Source: Micromonosporaceae bacterium (GTDB lineage Bacteria > Actinomycetota > Actinomycetes > Mycobacteriales > Micromonosporaceae). From it: a stretch of DNA of 31,720 nt. Position numbers and translations under genes: made by a program. The notes beneath the pieces were generated by a model. The model saw nothing but the letters and a program-made list of their open reading frames with translations, was not told the origin of the DNA and searched no databases. The stretch is taken from NCBI GenBank assembly GCA_017354595.1, contig JAFMQQ010000001.1, positions 1 through 31,720 on the forward strand, written 5' to 3'. This document shows, piece by piece, positions 29,373 to 31,720 of this stretch. Each line of letters opens with the position of its first letter. Position 1 is the stretch's first letter.

Positions 29373-31245
29373 GCCGCCGCCCGGCGCCGGCAGCGGGTGT
29401 GCTCGCGGCCGGGTCGGCGTTGGGCGGTGTGGGCATGCCCAGCACGTAGGTGCGTACCAGGCCGGGCAGGAGGAAGGTACGCTCGTCGCGGTCTCCGTGC
29501 CGGATGAAGGCGGTCTGCGCCAGCTGGTCCAACAATGGCTCGACCGCCGAGGTGGGCAGTCCGGTCAGCCGGGCGGCCTGGGTAGCGGTGAAGGACCCCT
29601 GCTCGGCGCGGGTCAGACCCTGCAGCAGCCGTCGGGCGGCCGGCTCCAGCCTGCGGTAGCTCGGCGCCAGGCGTGCACCCAGATCCAGCTCGTCGACGTG
29701 GAGCAGGGCCAGCCGGGTACGCGGGTCGGCCATCCGGGCCGCCATCCGGCGTACCGGGTACAGCGGATTGGCCCGCAGCCGTGCACCGACGGCGCGGATG
29801 CCCAGCGGGGAACGGGCACACATCCGCACAACCGCCGCGGCCGCCTCCGGTTCGGCCGCCACCCGTTGCCGCCCCGCGCAGCTGGCCAGCAGCTGCAGGC
29901 AGTCCGCCTCGTCCAGCTCCGCCAGTCCGACCGGATACACACCGGCCAGCCCGGCCAGCACCGGCCGGCTGGTGACCAGTACCGCGCACCGGGTACCGCC
30001 CGGCAGCAGCGGCCTGACCTGAGCCGCGGTCGCCGCATCATCCAACACCACCAGCACCCGACGCTCCGCCGTCCAACTGCGAAACAGCTGGCTACGCTCG
30101 CCGAGTGTCTGCGGCAGCTGCCAGTCGGCCAGGCCGGCGGCGCGCAGGAAGCCGCCCAGCACCGCGTGCGGGTCGGCCGGCTGCTCACTCGAGCCGGACA
30201 GCTCGGCGTAGAACTGCCCATCGACATAGCCGGACCGCACCCGGTGCCCGACCCGGACCGCCAGCGTGGTCTTACCCACCCCGACCACACCCGAGATCGC
30301 CACCAGCCGAGTCCCACCACCACCGTCACCGTCAGCGTCGCCGGTCACCATCTCCTCCAGCCTGGCCACCAGCTGAACCCGGCCAACAAAATCACCGATA
30401 TCCAGCGGCAGCTGGGCCGGGCGCACCAGACCACCCAGGTACTCCAACCCACCAGCCTGCTCAAAGCCGTGGTCTGCCCCCGGCGGCGGCTGGCTGGGCT
30501 GCGAGTCGACCGCCAGCAGCGCCCCGTACATGCCGCGCAGCCTGGGCGACGGGTCGATGCCAAGCTCCTCCCCGAGCGTGACACGCAACGCCTGGTACGC
30601 CTCCAACGCCTCCGGACGCCGCCCCGACCGCTCCAAGGCCAGCATCAGGCTCGCCGAAAATCCCTCATGGAACGGATGCTGCGCGACCAGTGTCTTCAGC
30701 TCCCCGATCACCTCACGGTGCCGACCGAGCCTCAGGTCCGCCTCGACGCGCAACTCGATCGCCTGCAACCGGCGCTCGGCGAGCTGGCTGATGTGCACAC
30801 CCAGCACCGGTCCGGCGTCCACATCAGACAGTGGGTTCGGCGTGCACATCCGCAGCGCCTCGCCGAGCAGCCGCGCTGCCCGGTCCGGCGCGCCGGCCAA
30901 CGCCGCCCGGCCCTGCTCGACCAGCCGGTCGAAGACCGCCAGGTCCAGGTCGTCCGGGCCAAGCTGGATCAGGTACCCCAGCGGCTTGGTCACCAGCGTG
31001 TCCCGGCCGCCGCCCGGCTCCTCGCCCAACAGCCGGCGCAGCTGGTAGATGTAGGTCTGCAAAGTGGCCAACGCGCTGACCGGCGGGGCCTCGCCCCACA
31101 GCTCCTCCATCAGCGTGTCGCGGGTTACCACGTGGCCTTGCCGCAACGCCATCAGGGCCACCAGGTTGCGCAGCTTCGGCGCGCTGGGGGTAACCAGCTT
31201 GCCGTTGACCGCCATCTCCAGCGGCCCGAGCACCGATACCTTCAT
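29347..31245 (-). CDS. SARP/AfsR-like regulator (OmpR-type HTH + BTAD + NB-ARC, no C-terminal TPR array)
   Basis: VLGPLE, L..ELWGE.PP.SA..TLQTYIYQLR, P..E.....LMLAL.RSGR..EAL..Y, P-loop GVVGVGKTT, LVVLDDA. Confidence 0.93.
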   Translation of the reverse strand: MKVSVLGPLEMAVNGKLVTPSAPKLRNLVALMALRQGHVVTRDTLMEELWGEAPPVSALATLQTYIYQLRRLLGEEPGGGRDTLVTKPLGYLIQLGPDDLDLAVFDRLVEQGRAALAGAPDRAARLLGEALRMCTPNPLSDVDAGPVLGVHISQLAERRLQAIELRVEADLRLGRHREVIGELKTLVAQHPFHEGFSASLMLALERSGRRPEALEAYQALRVTLGEELGIDPSPRLRGMYGALLAVDSQPSQPPPGADHGFEQAGGLEYLGGLVRPAQLPLDIGDFVGRVQLVARLEEMVTGDADGDGGGGTRLVAISGVVGVGKTTLAVRVGHRVRSGYVDGQFYAELSGSSEQPADPHAVLGGFLRAAGLADWQLPQTLGERSQLFRSWTAERRVLVVLDDAATAAQVRPLLPGGTRCAVLVTSRPVLAGLAGVYPVGLAELDEADCLQLLASCAGRQRVAAEPEAAAAVVRMCARSPLGIRAVGARLRANPLYPVRRMAARMADPRTRLALLHVDELDLGARLAPSYRRLEPAARRLLQGLTRAEQGSFTATQAARLTGLPTSAVEPLLDQLAQTAFIRHGDRDERTFLLPGLVRTYVLGMPTPPNADPAASTPAAGAGRRLTRRHAQR

Positions 31246-31262
31246 GGCTTTCCCCTTGACGG

Positions 31263-31720
31263 TCAGGTCACCGGGACCGCATAGTCCACAGTGGATGGAG
31301 TGGTACCGTCTGCCGCACCGGCGACCGCCCGCCGCACCAGCTGGCAGATCTGCGCGATCTGCCCGGCGCCGACCGACGTACCGGTGGGAAGCGTGATGGT
31401 GCGGGCGGCCAGCGCCTCGGTGTTGGGCAGCCGGATCCCATCCCGGTAGGGCGCCATCCGGTGGCAGCCGGGATAGAAGTACCGCCGTGCCCGGACGTTC
31501 TCGGCATGCAGCAGCGCGACCAGCGTGTCCCGGTCGATCCCGGTCACCGTCTCGTCCACCTCGATGACCACGTACTGGAAGTTGTTGCGCTCCCGCTCAT
31601 CGAACTCGATCAATCGGATCCCCGGTATGCCAGCCAGCGACCCGCGGTACGCCTGGAAGTTGGCCGCGTTGTGCATGCGGAAATCCTCCAGGCTGTCCAG
31701 CGACGTCAGGCCCATCGCCG
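31263..31720 (-). CDS. DegT/DnrJ/EryC1/StrS aminotransferase, DesI/VioA-like sugar 4-aminotransferase (C-terminal part only)
   Basis: GLTSLD, N.QYVV.E.D...G..RD.L...L.AENV.ARRYF.PGCH.M.PY, LPTGT.V. Confidence 0.85.
   Translation of the reverse strand, partial: AMGLTSLDSLEDFRMHNAANFQAYRGSLAGIPGIRLIEFDERERNNFQYVVIEVDETVTGIDRDTLVALLHAENVRARRYFYPGCHRMAPYRDGIRLPNTEALAARTITLPTGTSVGAGQIAQICQLVRRAVAGAADGTTPSTVDYAVPVT

Noticed and set aside
29331-29383. Hairpin at the 3-ketoreductase/SARP convergence
   Set aside because: Only short all-GC stems, expected by chance at this composition
31189-31194. Possible bldA-dependent TTA codon near the SARP 5' end
   Set aside because: The TTA is out of frame (codons are GTT ACC); I did not check the whole gene exhaustively

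Overview
High-GC actinomycete DNA, entirely within a type II polyketide biosynthetic gene cluster that is cut at both window edges. A ~11.9 kb minus-strand operon (21785->9902) encodes, in order: an LLM-class oxidoreductase, TcmI-type and cupin (TcmJ-type) cyclases, KS-alpha, a chain-length factor of the long-chain (whiE/pentangular polyphenol-like) type, an in-frame ACP::TcmN-type aromatase fusion, an anthrone-oxygenase-like protein, an SDR ketoreductase, two ABM monooxygenases, a rifampin-phosphotransferase-like dikinase and two glycosyltransferases. The flanks carry four more GT1 glycosyltransferases (six in total), a deoxy/amino-sugar pathway (2,3-dehydratase, 3-ketoreductase, 3,4-dehydratase, 4-ketoreductase, epimerase, 4-aminotransferase), a methyltransferase, an FAD monooxygenase, flavin redox enzymes, a stand-alone carrier-condensation didomain with an HQxxxDG motif, and a SARP/NB-ARC regulator. 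The least explained signal is a highly iterated interrupted palindrome, (G)TCCACWGTGGA(C), with 9 perfect and 9 one-mismatch copies of the 11-mer core. All of these lie inside coding sequences, on both strands, in two reading frames, and force rare codons.
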